This document shows, one piece after another, positions 1 through 9,226 of a stretch of 35,825 nucleotides of DNA. Every line of letters starts with the position of its first letter. Positions within the stretch are counted from its first letter, which is position 1. A program made the translations under genes and the position numbers. The notes beneath the pieces were generated by a model. That model searched no databases. It was not told the origin of the DNA and saw only the letters and a program-made list of their open reading frames with translations. The stretch is from Fidelibacterota bacterium (GTDB lineage: Bacteria; Fidelibacterota; UBA2242; JAFGTP01), in NCBI GenBank assembly GCA_021735285.1, contig JAIPHI010000002.1, positions 1 to 35,825 on the forward strand. The letters run 5' to 3'.

Positions 1-379
1 CCTGCCCCAGAACTTCGCCATTGAAAAGATTTTCAAATCGAGCCAGAGATTTTTCTTTATCCTGCTCTGACATATCGTGCAGAGAAGCCACAAAATCGAA
101 ATATTCTTCCGGTGTCAGAAAATCGATCAAAAAGCCCTCATCCAGATAAGAGCCGGTGTATTCCTTCCAGTCTTCATTTTTAGATACATCGATCTTTCCG
201 GATAAAACTCTGCCATCATTAGCCTGAATGAGATCGAGACACAGACGGAGAAAGGTGGTTTTACCAGCACCATTGTTGCCGACCAGACCGAATATATCGG
301 ATTCTTTGATTTTTAGATCAAGTATATTGAGTTTGAAACTTCCATATTGCTTCTTTAAATCTTCCGTTTGAATATGCAT
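1..379 (-). CDS. ABC transporter ATP-binding protein (N-terminal ~126 codons; the gene runs off the left edge)
   Basis: Not in the ORF track. The minus strand from the ATG at 377-379 reads MHIQTEDLKKQYGSFKLNILDLKIKESDIFGLVGNNGAGKTTFLRL..., with Walker A GNNGAGKT. A GAGGAG Shine-Dalgarno lies 8 nt upstream. The start is 27 nt after the stop of the upstream membrane-protein gene. Confidence 0.85.
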   Translation of the reverse strand, partial: MHIQTEDLKKQYGSFKLNILDLKIKESDIFGLVGNNGAGKTTFLRLCLDLIQANDGRVLSGKIDVSKNEDWKEYTGSYLDEGFLIDFLTPEEYFDFVASLHDMSEQDKEKSLARFENLFNGEVLGQ

Positions 380-406
380 TTATTTGTCTCCTCTATATTA
401 TATCGG

Positions 407-1876
407 CTATCGTAATTCTTCTAAAATTTTATATTTACGCTCCTGATATTTATTATTAATTATATCGAGCCACTTGTCAGATAGAAATATTCCCGTAACT
501 CCAAGTAATCCATTAATTATATAGGCAATCTGAGGACTATCTTGAAATAATAAAAAAATTATGAGAGGGGGAATAAAAATAATTAAAATTGATAGATAAT
601 GGAGAATTGTTTCACCCTGTCTATTCATAAATATAGTTTGATTAACATCTATTTTTTTGATACTAAAAATTGCGAATAAGGTTAATGCAAAAGAAGAGTA
701 ACCAATATTATAAAATAATGCTGAAATAACAGGCAAAAGTAAACCATTATAAAATACTGATAAGCTAAAAAATAAAATATAAATAGGAATAGTCAATATA
801 ATTACTGCAGTGATTCGTCCTAAAATATATTTTTTAAAAACAATTTTACCACTTTGAATGAAATCCACCTGTTCACTATCCAAGGCAAAGAAAAAATTCA
901 AATGCTGATAAATGAAGATTCCGGATAATAAATATATAAAAAATAATTTCATGATACTTCCTTCTAAACTGCCATCATTAATCAAATCCGGAAACACAAA
1001 GATCCCTAAAATGAGTGCCATACTCATAGTAAAAATGTACGAATGCTTACCTCTTTTGGTTCTAAATATTTGCTTGAGGTTAAATTTAACAAATCTATTA
1101 TCGGCTATAAACTTATCAGCTACATCATAAATAGCATTATTTTTTATCTTCCCTGCTTCGGTTTGGATTTTATCAATGTAAAATTCACTTATAAGCATTT
1201 TGCAATTCACATAATAGAGCATGATAAAAATTGACAAAGAAAGAAGAATTGATAAATTATTATAAAGAAATGAACTGAATATTTGAGAAGATAAATTATT
1301 TATATTAAACAATCCAAAGTGACCGGATACAATTGAAGAAACCAATAATAAAATAATTATTCCAGCAATTTTCGCACTTTTCTGAAAAGCAAGTTTGATA
1401 GTTTGAATTAATAGGTTGATAGAAAATATCAGCAGGTAAAGATTTAATAACCAAATTATCGCCCTGCCAATTGAGTGAGTAGTAGTAACCGAAATAAAAG
1501 TAAAAGGTGTAAATAGAGCGATTATAATCAGACTTTTTAGACCAAAGATAGTTCTAAATAAGAGTATATGGGTGATTTTTGCTTTTCTAATATTAAGATT
1601 TAAATATTGTTTTATACTGTCAAAAGGGATCTTCTGGAAAATTAAACCAGAAATAAAAAACATAATAAAAACATAAAGAAGAAAGGAATTTAGTGTCTCA
1701 ACCGGAGTTTGATTCGGTGCTATTTCCTTTAAAAAATAATTCATCTGGAAAGACATAAGTACCAAATAAGGAACGAATAAGGCCATTAATATTTTACCAA
1801 TTAACCCTGATGCGAATTGTTTGCTGCGGAAGAATTGTTTGAAATTATTTGAGAGATAGTTTTGTAATATATCCAT
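407..1876 (-). CDS. Polytopic membrane protein, probable permease partner of the downstream ABC ATPase (resembles DUF5687-type proteins, from memory)
   Basis: 489-aa ORF with more than 10 hydrophobic segments, ATG start and an AAGGAG SD. It is co-directional with and 27 nt upstream of the ATPase gene. Very AT-rich, with I/L/F/N/K-rich composition. Confidence 0.6.
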   Translation of the reverse strand: MDILQNYLSNNFKQFFRSKQFASGLIGKILMALFVPYLVLMSFQMNYFLKEIAPNQTPVETLNSFLLYVFIMFFISGLIFQKIPFDSIKQYLNLNIRKAKITHILLFRTIFGLKSLIIIALFTPFTFISVTTTHSIGRAIIWLLNLYLLIFSINLLIQTIKLAFQKSAKIAGIIILLLVSSIVSGHFGLFNINNLSSQIFSSFLYNNLSILLSLSIFIMLYYVNCKMLISEFYIDKIQTEAGKIKNNAIYDVADKFIADNRFVKFNLKQIFRTKRGKHSYIFTMSMALILGIFVFPDLINDGSLEGSIMKLFFIYLLSGIFIYQHLNFFFALDSEQVDFIQSGKIVFKKYILGRITAVIILTIPIYILFFSLSVFYNGLLLPVISALFYNIGYSSFALTLFAIFSIKKIDVNQTIFMNRQGETILHYLSILIIFIPPLIIFLLFQDSPQIAYIINGLLGVTGIFLSDKWLDIINNKYQERKYKILEELR

Positions 1877-2044
1877 AATATCTCCTTAATCTCCAAAAAT
1901 AACGTTAAAATTTTCTATTTATTACTGCCGGTAAAAATTAATACAGTATTAATATATTAAAGTAGATATAATTTCTCAAATAATTTTTACAATTTACTAA
2001 TAATTCTATGCCGAAAATAAATTATGAGGTTGCTCCTTGGTCTC

Positions 2045-3022
2045 TCACACATTACGGTATTTCTTACTAAAGGGCTCAGATATCAGACCCTGGTCAAGAA
2101 CTTCTTTAACTTCCCTAATACCATCAGGAACGGTGTGAGTCACTTTAAAGCCTAATTCGTTTTTAATGTGGGAAAAATCGACGCGATAATCACGGGGATC
2201 TTCTTCTTTTTTAACGTATTTTATTTTTGCAGCGGGGAAATATTCTAAAAGTTCATCCACTATCATTTTTTTCTGGTAATTCTCAGCGGTAGAGCCGACG
2301 CCAAAAACTTGATGAGCGACTATCTTTTTGTCTGCTTGTAAAGTCATCAATATTGCCCTTGATATATCAAAGACATGACAATAGGGGCGCCAAAATTGCT
2401 CACCATAGATTACCAGTTCTCTACCGGATTGTAGTTGCCGGGTAAAATCATTGACAGTCAGATCAAAACGTGGTCGGGAGGAGAGGCCATAGACTGTGGC
2501 AAAACGCAATGAAACCGGAGTTAAATCATCTGACTTTTCACTTGCCAGGATGTATTTTTCGAATTTTACCTTTAATTCAGCATACAATGAAACTGGCCGC
2601 AGAGGCGATTCTTCCGAGACAAAATTATTTTCTCCCGCATCCATTTTGCCATAGTTACTGCAAGTCGATGCGAATACAAATCTATCTACATCAGATTCTT
2701 TAGCCATTTTGAATAAATTGTTCGAAGCCTTCCAGTTAACTTCCCTTGCTTTATCAGGTTCTGTTGCACAGGCGGGATCCCCGACAATTGCAGCTAAATG
2801 AACAACATGATCGACATTTTTTAAGACCTTATCTAAAATTTGATTATCCCGGATATCTCCATATAGAAATTCGAAATTAGGATTATTATAAATACCCAAA
2901 AGCGATTCTCCACCGAATTGCAGATTGTCAATGCCTTTAACTTTATAACCTTTATTTAATAATAATCTCATCAGAACCGATCCAATGTATCCGGCGCATC
3001 CGGTAACTAAAACTTTTTCCAA
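2045..3022 (-). CDS. NAD-dependent epimerase/dehydratase (extended SDR family)
   Basis: N-terminal Rossmann motif VTGCAGYIGS and catalytic YxxxK (YAELK). Length is 325 aa. The start codon is TTG (caa at 3020-3022), preceded by TGGAGT 8 nt upstream. Confidence 0.85.
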   Translation of the reverse strand: MEKVLVTGCAGYIGSVLMRLLLNKGYKVKGIDNLQFGGESLLGIYNNPNFEFLYGDIRDNQILDKVLKNVDHVVHLAAIVGDPACATEPDKAREVNWKASNNLFKMAKESDVDRFVFASTCSNYGKMDAGENNFVSEESPLRPVSLYAELKVKFEKYILASEKSDDLTPVSLRFATVYGLSSRPRFDLTVNDFTRQLQSGRELVIYGEQFWRPYCHVFDISRAILMTLQADKKIVAHQVFGVGSTAENYQKKMIVDELLEYFPAAKIKYVKKEEDPRDYRVDFSHIKNELGFKVTHTVPDGIREVKEVLDQGLISEPFSKKYRNV

Positions 3023-3071
3023 ATCTATTTACTCCATTTGTATTTTTGTCATAATTTAAATAGGAGGATTT

Positions 3072-3090
3072 GCATTGACACAGTCAATGC
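3072..3090. repeat. Inverted repeat GCATTGAC-ACA-GTCAATGC between the hisS stop and the epimerase start
   Basis: Perfect 8-bp arms with a 3-nt spacer, about 50-70 bp upstream of the epimerase start codon. No T-run on either strand, so it is not a classic terminator. It may be an operator or a chance match. Confidence 0.3.
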
Positions 3091-3203
3091 ACACCAAAAT
3101 TTAACAAATTCTCCAACGGAGAATAATAACCTAGCCCAGGGTAACACCCTGGGTATTAAAAAAATTTAGCATTTATAACCCTGAAGGGGTTAAATAAATA
3201 ATA

Positions 3204-4490
3204 TCAATAAATAGGCTCATTATTACTTATTTTAAACCTGTCAATTAATGTGCTTATAAGATCTTTTATTGGCACATCTTCCTGATCACCGGACTTCATA
3301 TCCTTCAATGCGACTACGTTCCGCTCTAATTCCTGATCACCGATGATTATGACTTTATCAGCATTATCCTTATTAGCATAACGCATTTGAGCCCGTATTG
3401 ATCTCTGAAGGAGATCCATTTCCGCATTTATGCCCTTATTACGCAATTTAGTCACTATCTCAAAGCCTTTATCCCGGGCTCTCTCTCCCATAGTTATACA
3501 AAAAACTAGGGGCCTCTCGACTACTTCCAGCTGATCTTCTTCATCTAAAGCCAAAATCAGTCTCTCCATACCGCAGGCTACACCTACTGCCGGAATTTCT
3601 GGTCCACCTAAATCTTCGACAAGATGATCATAACGTCCGCCGCCACAGATAGCATCCTGCGAGCCAAGTAGTGAACTTGTGATTTCAAAAGTTGTTCTGG
3701 TATAATAATCCAAGCCCCGGACAAGTTTTTTATCCACTGTAAAAGGTGTATTGGTCTCTTTGAGTAATTTCTTTACTGTTTCAAAGTGTTTTTTATCTTC
3801 ATCTGAAATATTATCAGTGATCAAAGGAGCATGCTGATCAAGAATCTCCTGGCAGGTCTCATTTTTACAATCAAATATTCGCAAGATATTTTGCTGGAAT
3901 CTTTTCTGGCAGGTCTCGCATAGTTGATCCTTATATGCACTCAATTCATCTCTTAATTGGACAAGATATTTTTTACGGCTTTGCAAACTTCCTATGGAAT
4001 TGATCTTAATTTCAATTTCCTTTAATCCCAATTTACTAAATATCCTGTACATGGTTTGAATGACTTCGGCATCAGCAACAGCTAGGTCAGTACCAATTAA
4101 TTCAAAACCGAATTGATGAAACTGACGGAAACGACCTTTCTGCGGTTTTTCCTGGCGAAAAGCCGGTCCAAAATAATACCATTTTTCGATTGGTGAATTT
4201 TGAAAGGTGCTATCCTGAATATAAGCCCTGATAACTGGTGCAGTCAGCTCCGGCCGGAGAGTAATACTATTTTCACCCTTATCGAGAAAGGTGTACATTT
4301 CTTTGGAAACTACATCGGTTTCTTCACCAATACTTCTGGTGAATAGCTGTGTATCTTCAAAAATGGGAGTCCGCACTTCTTTATAATTATTATGGGCTAA
4401 TTCCTCCTTTATTACTTCCTCGACACGTTGCCATTTTACACATTCTTGCGGAAGCAAATCCTGAGTCCCTTTAATCCGTCTATATTCCAT
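3204..4490 (-). CDS. hisS: Histidine--tRNA ligase
   Basis: 428 aa. The N-terminus (RIKGTQDLLPQE), the FRQEKPQKGRFRQFHQFG motif-2 region and GGGRYD are typical class IIa HisRS features. ATG start. Confidence 0.95.
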   Translation of the reverse strand: MEYRRIKGTQDLLPQECVKWQRVEEVIKEELAHNNYKEVRTPIFEDTQLFTRSIGEETDVVSKEMYTFLDKGENSITLRPELTAPVIRAYIQDSTFQNSPIEKWYYFGPAFRQEKPQKGRFRQFHQFGFELIGTDLAVADAEVIQTMYRIFSKLGLKEIEIKINSIGSLQSRKKYLVQLRDELSAYKDQLCETCQKRFQQNILRIFDCKNETCQEILDQHAPLITDNISDEDKKHFETVKKLLKETNTPFTVDKKLVRGLDYYTRTTFEITSSLLGSQDAICGGGRYDHLVEDLGGPEIPAVGVACGMERLILALDEEDQLEVVERPLVFCITMGERARDKGFEIVTKLRNKGINAEMDLLQRSIRAQMRYANKDNADKVIIIGDQELERNVVALKDMKSGDQEDVPIKDLISTLIDRFKISNNEPIY

Positions 4491-4505
4491 GGGTAGAGTT
4501 CCTGT

Positions 4506-4835
4506 TTATTTTTCTTTTGTTATGTTGTCTATGATCTCCCGTGCCTTTTCAACCTGGTCGTCGGGTACAAAGATAGCAGAATGAGAGCCAGGTAGATTGG
4601 CCGGTTCGGCTAAAAAACCTTCATGGAAAAAATCTGATTTGATTATAGAGGGTATCTCATTATTTTCCAGGGCTTCTTTGATCATCTCTGCTGTCAAATC
4701 AGACTCCATATTCTCTATCAAAACAAATTTATGTTCTAACTCTTCATCAAGCTCCTCGACTAATTCAGTTTCACAGTCAGGACATTTCTTAATTCCTTCC
4801 TTAAATTCATATCTGCATTGGGGGCAATATGGCAT
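4506..4835 (-). CDS. Small zinc-ribbon protein with a DUF2007-like (putative signal-transducing, PII-like) C-terminal domain
   Basis: 109 aa. Two CxxC pairs at the N-terminus (CPQC...CPDC), then a pattern resembling DUF2007 (...EMIKEALENNEIPSIIKS...AIFVPDDQVEKAREII). A strong AAAGGAG SD is present. The stop lies 15 nt before the hisS start. Confidence 0.6.
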   Translation of the reverse strand: MPYCPQCRYEFKEGIKKCPDCETELVEELDEELEHKFVLIENMESDLTAEMIKEALENNEIPSIIKSDFFHEGFLAEPANLPGSHSAIFVPDDQVEKAREIIDNITKEK

Positions 4836-4948
4836 TTTATTCTCCTTTTATTAAATACTTTATTATCTTTACGTAAAAAGTGATTGTAAATAGCAATTAG
4901 AATTTAACTCTAAAGTGATAATAATATCAATTAATGTTTTGTTGATAA

Positions 4949-6121
4949 TTATGAGATGATTGTGCGAATAACTGTTTTCCTATTGGGCTTGCTTGATTTA
5001 ACGAAGACTTTTCCATTGTGATATTTTTCTATTATTCGTTTTGTTAAGCTCAGACCCAGACCCCAACCTCTTCTTTTACTGCTAAACCCAGGCCGGAAGA
5101 TATTTTTCCAATTTTTCTTTGCTATACCTTTACCATTATCAATAATATCTATTATAACTTTTTCATCTTTCCCGCTTGCTTTTACTTTTACAAAAGCTTC
5201 ACCATCTTTTGAAGCGTCGATCGAGTTCTTGACCATATTCTCAATAGCCCATGAAAAAAGGTCCCCATTGATTTCTACTTCCAGGTCTTCATCTACATCA
5301 TAGGTGAGATCAACCGAATGACCGAGTTGAGGTAACCGTTTTCTATAATAGTCTATAGCGCTTTTGATAATTGGTCTTAATGCTGATCTTTCCAATTTTG
5401 GTGTGGAGCCTATTTTTGAAAAGCGGTTAGCAATTTTTTTTAAGCGATTTAGGTCCTTTGTTATCTCGTCTATATATTCTTTGTTATCGAGCTCCTCTTT
5501 GATCACTTCTGTCCATCCCATTAGAGAAGATAAGGGTGTACCCAATTGGTGAGCGGTCTCTTTAGCCATTCCCACCCATATAGATTGTTTCTCACTACTT
5601 CTAATGAAATGGAAACCTAAATAACCAAGAAATATAAACAATGTAACCATAATGATTTCGATATAGGGAAGAAGTTCTAAGCGGCGAATTAATTTCGTAT
5701 CTCCGTAATGGATATACCCCAGATTGGTATTATCGTATTCCAGGGGGATCGGATCATTGGCCTTGTCCATTTGTGACATAAGTTCTATGATCTCCGTAGT
5801 ATCGACTTGACCGGCTTCGTTCTGTTCTACATCTATCCGGATCCAATTAACAGGAAGGGAATGTTCCTTTTTGGAAATGATCATTGGCACGGACATCTTT
5901 TTTACAATCTCCTCAAAAATAAAACTAAAATCACCGGTTTCATATTCAGTCGTTGCTTTGACAAAGGTCTCTGCATAAAAGTTTACCAGTTTAGTTGATT
6001 CTTCTCGCAGTTGATTAACCAGTCTTTGAGTATATATAATTGTTGATATGATAATGATGATTGCCAGAAATATCAAACCTCTTTTTATTAGAGCAGAATG
6101 TTTATAGGCTTTTATGTCCAA
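4949..6121 (-). CDS. Sensor histidine kinase (two TM segments flanking a ~120-aa extracytoplasmic region)
   Basis: H-box ETAHQLGTPLSSL, N-box NMVKNSIDA, G1 DNGKGI and G2 GWGLGLS. TTG start (caa at 6119-6121) with AGGAGA 8 nt upstream. No response regulator is present in the window. Confidence 0.85.
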   Translation of the reverse strand: MDIKAYKHSALIKRGLIFLAIIIIISTIIYTQRLVNQLREESTKLVNFYAETFVKATTEYETGDFSFIFEEIVKKMSVPMIISKKEHSLPVNWIRIDVEQNEAGQVDTTEIIELMSQMDKANDPIPLEYDNTNLGYIHYGDTKLIRRLELLPYIEIIMVTLFIFLGYLGFHFIRSSEKQSIWVGMAKETAHQLGTPLSSLMGWTEVIKEELDNKEYIDEITKDLNRLKKIANRFSKIGSTPKLERSALRPIIKSAIDYYRKRLPQLGHSVDLTYDVDEDLEVEINGDLFSWAIENMVKNSIDASKDGEAFVKVKASGKDEKVIIDIIDNGKGIAKKNWKNIFRPGFSSKRRGWGLGLSLTKRIIEKYHNGKVFVKSSKPNRKTVIRTIIS

Positions 6122-6310
6122 ATCTTAGATCTCCTGTTTTTGTTTAGAGTATAATAGGGAATAAAGTGCTGGCTTGTATTCTAAAAATTATAAACTATCA
6201 GAGATATCCTCCCTACCTAGATAAAATACTTGTCAATTCAAGCAATGTTTAAGATACACATATTATTTAAAAAAACCTAATATTCAATCCGTATGGTTGC
6301 AACTGCTAAA

Positions 6311-6336
6311 ATAAAAAAAGGGGACTTACGTCCCCT
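6311..6336 (-). terminator. Rho-independent terminator of the GldA/F/G-like operon
   Basis: The minus strand reads AGGGGAC-GTAA-GTCCCCT followed by a T-run (A-run 6313-6319 on the plus strand). It lies about 25 nt downstream of the DUF4340-like stop. Confidence 0.75.
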
Positions 6337-6359
6337 CTATGAATATGACGTCGATCTCC

Positions 6360-6881
6360 TTATTGCTGCCAGGAATTTGGGTCCGGACTTGCTACATGAG
6401 ACAGATTTTGGTTGGTTCGATAAACTTTATTTTCGTCTTTGAATCTGAGATAGCCCTGAGACCAGGAAGATGTCGAGCGCCCAAGATAGAAAGATTTAAG
6501 GACGTTTTCGCCCTTTTTTAGCTGTACAAAGGTTGCATTTTCACCTACATTATAAGTTTCATGATTATCCGGCTTTTCTGTTGCTATACCAGTTTGCTCT
6601 AATTCCAATAGACCGGAAATCAGTTGGTTAACCTTATTTTCATTAATATCTCCGGTATCAGGTTCTACAGGTGTCCATGTAGAATCATTTAACTGACTAA
6701 AACTAACTGTGTCTTTGTTGGACATAATTGTTATACCGTTAATATCTTTCTTGTTTAGATCAAAAACCAGTTCGGTTTTCTGTTGATAACGCCTGTTTTT
6801 CAAAATTGAAATCAATAGTAAAATTAAGGCTACAACTAAAATCAGTATATATTTCATCCAGGGGTTTTTTTGCTTAGCCAT
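6360..6881 (-). CDS. Small membrane-anchored protein, DUF4340-like (typical fourth gene of GldA/F/G-type ABC operons)
   Basis: I move the ORF-track start (6908) to the ATG at 6879-6881 (MAKQKNPW...), because a perfect GGAGGA SD lies 6 nt upstream. This start overlaps the upstream stop by 8 nt (ATGGCTAA). There is one N-terminal TM segment. The family call rests on position and recollection, and the protein is short for DUF4340. Confidence 0.55.
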   Translation of the reverse strand: MAKQKNPWMKYILILVVALILLLISILKNRRYQQKTELVFDLNKKDINGITIMSNKDTVSFSQLNDSTWTPVEPDTGDINENKVNQLISGLLELEQTGIATEKPDNHETYNVGENATFVQLKKGENVLKSFYLGRSTSSWSQGYLRFKDENKVYRTNQNLSHVASPDPNSWQQ

Positions 6882-8505
6882 AGATCTCCTCCAATAATTT
6901 TTGCTCATCTTTTCTTTTTTTCATATGATAAACACCGAGCAGGATGACCAGAACTGCTGGCAACAATATATTTAGCCATTTCCACATCTTTTTTTGTCCG
7001 GCGGATAGATCGTCAAGAGGACTGGCGGAAATTTCTCTGGACCTAATTTTCATCAACTCTGTTTCTCCCATTAAATAGTCAATACCATTCAGGATGAATT
7101 TCCGATCTTCTTCTATACCACCGCCTCGATCATCGTTGAAAAATTTATTATCAGTAATAACAAGCATTTCAACATTTGGATTATTTTTCATAAAGTCTTC
7201 TTTCTCTGCATATTTGAGACTGTCTGAGAAATAACTTGTAGCTGGTCCCTGTCGGAAACCGGATATAACAGTGGAATTCAGAGGGAAGGAGGTCATGGCG
7301 GGATTGGAAGAACCGGCTTCTTCCAGATTAGGTTGCAGATTATAGCCCATCCCTGTGGCTGGCATCTGACCGCTTTGCATCATCATCCTGCGATTGGGAC
7401 GTAATCGTTGAGCTTGAATAGACCCTGTATTAGAGGAAGTTCGTAATAATGGTACAAAGTTGACTGTAGTATCCTTGGCACTTAATTCATGAGTAAAAAA
7501 TACTCTAACCTGCTCCAGGTCCTGAACAATCGGATTGCTTTTATTCATATTATTGATAATAATAAAAGGTGGATATTTAATTGCATTTGAGAAACTGAAC
7601 ATGCCCCGTTTTTGTCGGATCTGGATGCGACCGCAATTTTTATCAATTAACAGATCTCGGCCGATCGTTAAACCATAGTGTTCTAAAAGATCATAAATAT
7701 TGCTTTTGATCAAACGGCCTTGTCCTTGGTTTAATTGGTCGATTGTCCTACCCTGGCCAATAAAGAGTTTACCGCCCCGCATTAGATACTGGTCAAGATT
7801 GTATAATTTTTCAGTGCTAAGAGAATCTTCTATGCCATTGATCAAGAGTGTATTAATATTACCGGGCACTTTTTTGTCGAGAGAGACGCGCCTGACACGA
7901 TAAGTTTGGCGCAAAAATTGACTTAGGTTACTTACTGAGATATTGATCTTATTGGAAGATTGAACAACACCAATTGTCTTCATCTGTTTATCAGCCAATT
8001 TTTTAATAGCTGTCGTAATGTCATATTCCAGACCTTTTGTACTTTTGATCACAGGAATGGTTTCATTCTTGTCATTATATAAAAGTGCCATTCCCATATA
8101 CACATTTTTAACCTGCATTTCATCATTCTCAACAACCTGCATTTGTACCGGGGAGATACGATAACTACGAGCCTGTTGTTTTGTTTCCTGGTCGGTAGGA
8201 TTGATAAATTCAAATTGGAATTTACCCTTGGAATAGGCCTGATATTCCTCTAATAAATCCTGCAGATAGCGCTTTGTATTACCGTATTGTCCTGGGAGAT
8301 TCTCAGAAAAGAAGACCTTGGCAACCATCCTATCGTCAATTTTGTTGAGAATTGTTTTACTGGATTCGGATAGAGAATAAATATTATTCTTCGTCAGATC
8401 GATTCTAAAAAATATTGATCTGAGAGCAACATTTAGAATAATTGCTATTACCGCCACCAGTGCAATATATATAATAAATTGTTTCTTGTTTTTTATTGTG
8501 TCCAT
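6874..8505 (-). CDS. GldG-like ABC-transporter auxiliary protein (ABC-type uncharacterised transport system)
   Basis: 543 aa, with an N-terminal and a C-terminal TM segment bracketing a large soluble domain, as in GldG. A GGAGGT SD lies 7 nt upstream. The start is 4 nt after the permease stop. Confidence 0.75.
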   Translation of the reverse strand: MDTIKNKKQFIIYIALVAVIAIILNVALRSIFFRIDLTKNNIYSLSESSKTILNKIDDRMVAKVFFSENLPGQYGNTKRYLQDLLEEYQAYSKGKFQFEFINPTDQETKQQARSYRISPVQMQVVENDEMQVKNVYMGMALLYNDKNETIPVIKSTKGLEYDITTAIKKLADKQMKTIGVVQSSNKINISVSNLSQFLRQTYRVRRVSLDKKVPGNINTLLINGIEDSLSTEKLYNLDQYLMRGGKLFIGQGRTIDQLNQGQGRLIKSNIYDLLEHYGLTIGRDLLIDKNCGRIQIRQKRGMFSFSNAIKYPPFIIINNMNKSNPIVQDLEQVRVFFTHELSAKDTTVNFVPLLRTSSNTGSIQAQRLRPNRRMMMQSGQMPATGMGYNLQPNLEEAGSSNPAMTSFPLNSTVISGFRQGPATSYFSDSLKYAEKEDFMKNNPNVEMLVITDNKFFNDDRGGGIEEDRKFILNGIDYLMGETELMKIRSREISASPLDDLSAGQKKMWKWLNILLPAVLVILLGVYHMKKRKDEQKLLEEIYG

Positions 8506-8509
8506 TATT

Positions 8510-9226
8510 TTACCTCCATTTTCTCATTTCCAGAACTCGAATACTCAGAAGTAAAAAGAAAGTGATAATCGATGCGAAATAGATTATATTTCGAGAATCT
8601 ATCACTCCTCTGGAGATACTTTCAAAATGATAACCGGTGCTCATGTATTGAAAAATAGTGCTTAAAAATCCCGGTACAAACATCAAAATTTTATCAAGAA
8701 TGAAAAATATGGCAATAATTAAAAAACTAACAATAAAGGCCACTATTTGATTGTCCGTAATAGAACTGGCAAACAAACCAATAGCAGAGTAAACGCCACC
8801 AAGCAATAATAAGCCAATATAACCACACAGCAGGGCGCCAATATCTACATTATTACCGATTATCAATACTGTAAAAAATTGGGTAAAAGTAAACAATAGA
8901 GCTATTCCGATCAAAGCCATACTGGCTAAAAATTTACCAACCACAATATCAGCATCGGAAACCGGTAAAGTAGTTAGAAATTCCATTGTTCCATCATTCT
9001 TTTCTTCTGCAATCAGGTTCATAGTAAGGGCCGGGATAAAGGCCAAATATATAATGGGAATCACACTAAATAATTGCCTTAGATCGGATTGATTGATAAG
9101 AAAGAAAGTATTCATTGAAAACCATCCGGCGAGAAGAAGAAAAACGATCAATGTGATATATGCTACGGCACTGTTAAAAAAAGATGAAAATTCCTTTTTA
9201 TAAATTAAACCTATGTTAGTTTTCAT
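8510..9226 (-). CDS. ABC-2 type permease, GldF-like
   Basis: Six hydrophobic segments. I move the start to the ATG at 9224-9226 (MKTNIGLIYKKEF...) because AAGGAGG lies 6 nt upstream. This start overlaps the ATPase stop by 11 nt. Confidence 0.8.
   Translation of the reverse strand: MKTNIGLIYKKEFSSFFNSAVAYITLIVFLLLAGWFSMNTFFLINQSDLRQLFSVIPIIYLAFIPALTMNLIAEEKNDGTMEFLTTLPVSDADIVVGKFLASMALIGIALLFTFTQFFTVLIIGNNVDIGALLCGYIGLLLLGGVYSAIGLFASSITDNQIVAFIVSFLIIAIFFILDKILMFVPGFLSTIFQYMSTGYHFESISRGVIDSRNIIYFASIITFFLLLSIRVLEMRKWR

Noticed and set aside
407-1876. Very low GC of the 489-aa membrane-protein gene, as a possible horizontally acquired island
   Set aside because: Spot counts give 11/60, 11/60 and 16/60 G+C on lines 541, 1261 and 1501. 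This compares with 24/60 in the adjacent ATPase gene (line 1) and 28/60 and 24/60 in hisS (lines 3541 and 3901). The protein is dominated by I/L/F/N/K/Y, whose codons are AT-rich, and the gene is SD-coupled to its ATPase partner. There are no flanking repeats, tRNA or integrase. Amino-acid composition explains the skew better than foreign origin.
3072-3090. GCATTGAC-ACA-GTCAATGC as an FNR/CRP box
   Set aside because: The half-sites resemble TTGAC/GTCAA but are spaced one base too close (TTGA-N5-TCAA rather than TTGA-N6-TCAA). An 8-bp inverted repeat is about what chance would give in a window of this size. I keep it only as a low-confidence repeat feature.
3130-3203. Hairpins CCCAGGG-TAACA-CCCTGGG and AACCC-TGAAG-GGGTT downstream of hisS, as a terminator
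   Set aside because: Both stems are real but short. On the minus (transcribed) strand, neither is followed directly by a T-run, since the T-run lies between them. They may contribute to termination, but I cannot support a confident call.
4836-4948. T-box or other leader upstream of hisS
   Set aside because: hisS starts 15 nt after the zinc-ribbon gene. The only upstream gap is 113 nt of AT-rich sequence without the conserved T-box motif or a terminator/antiterminator pair, and it is too short for a T-box.
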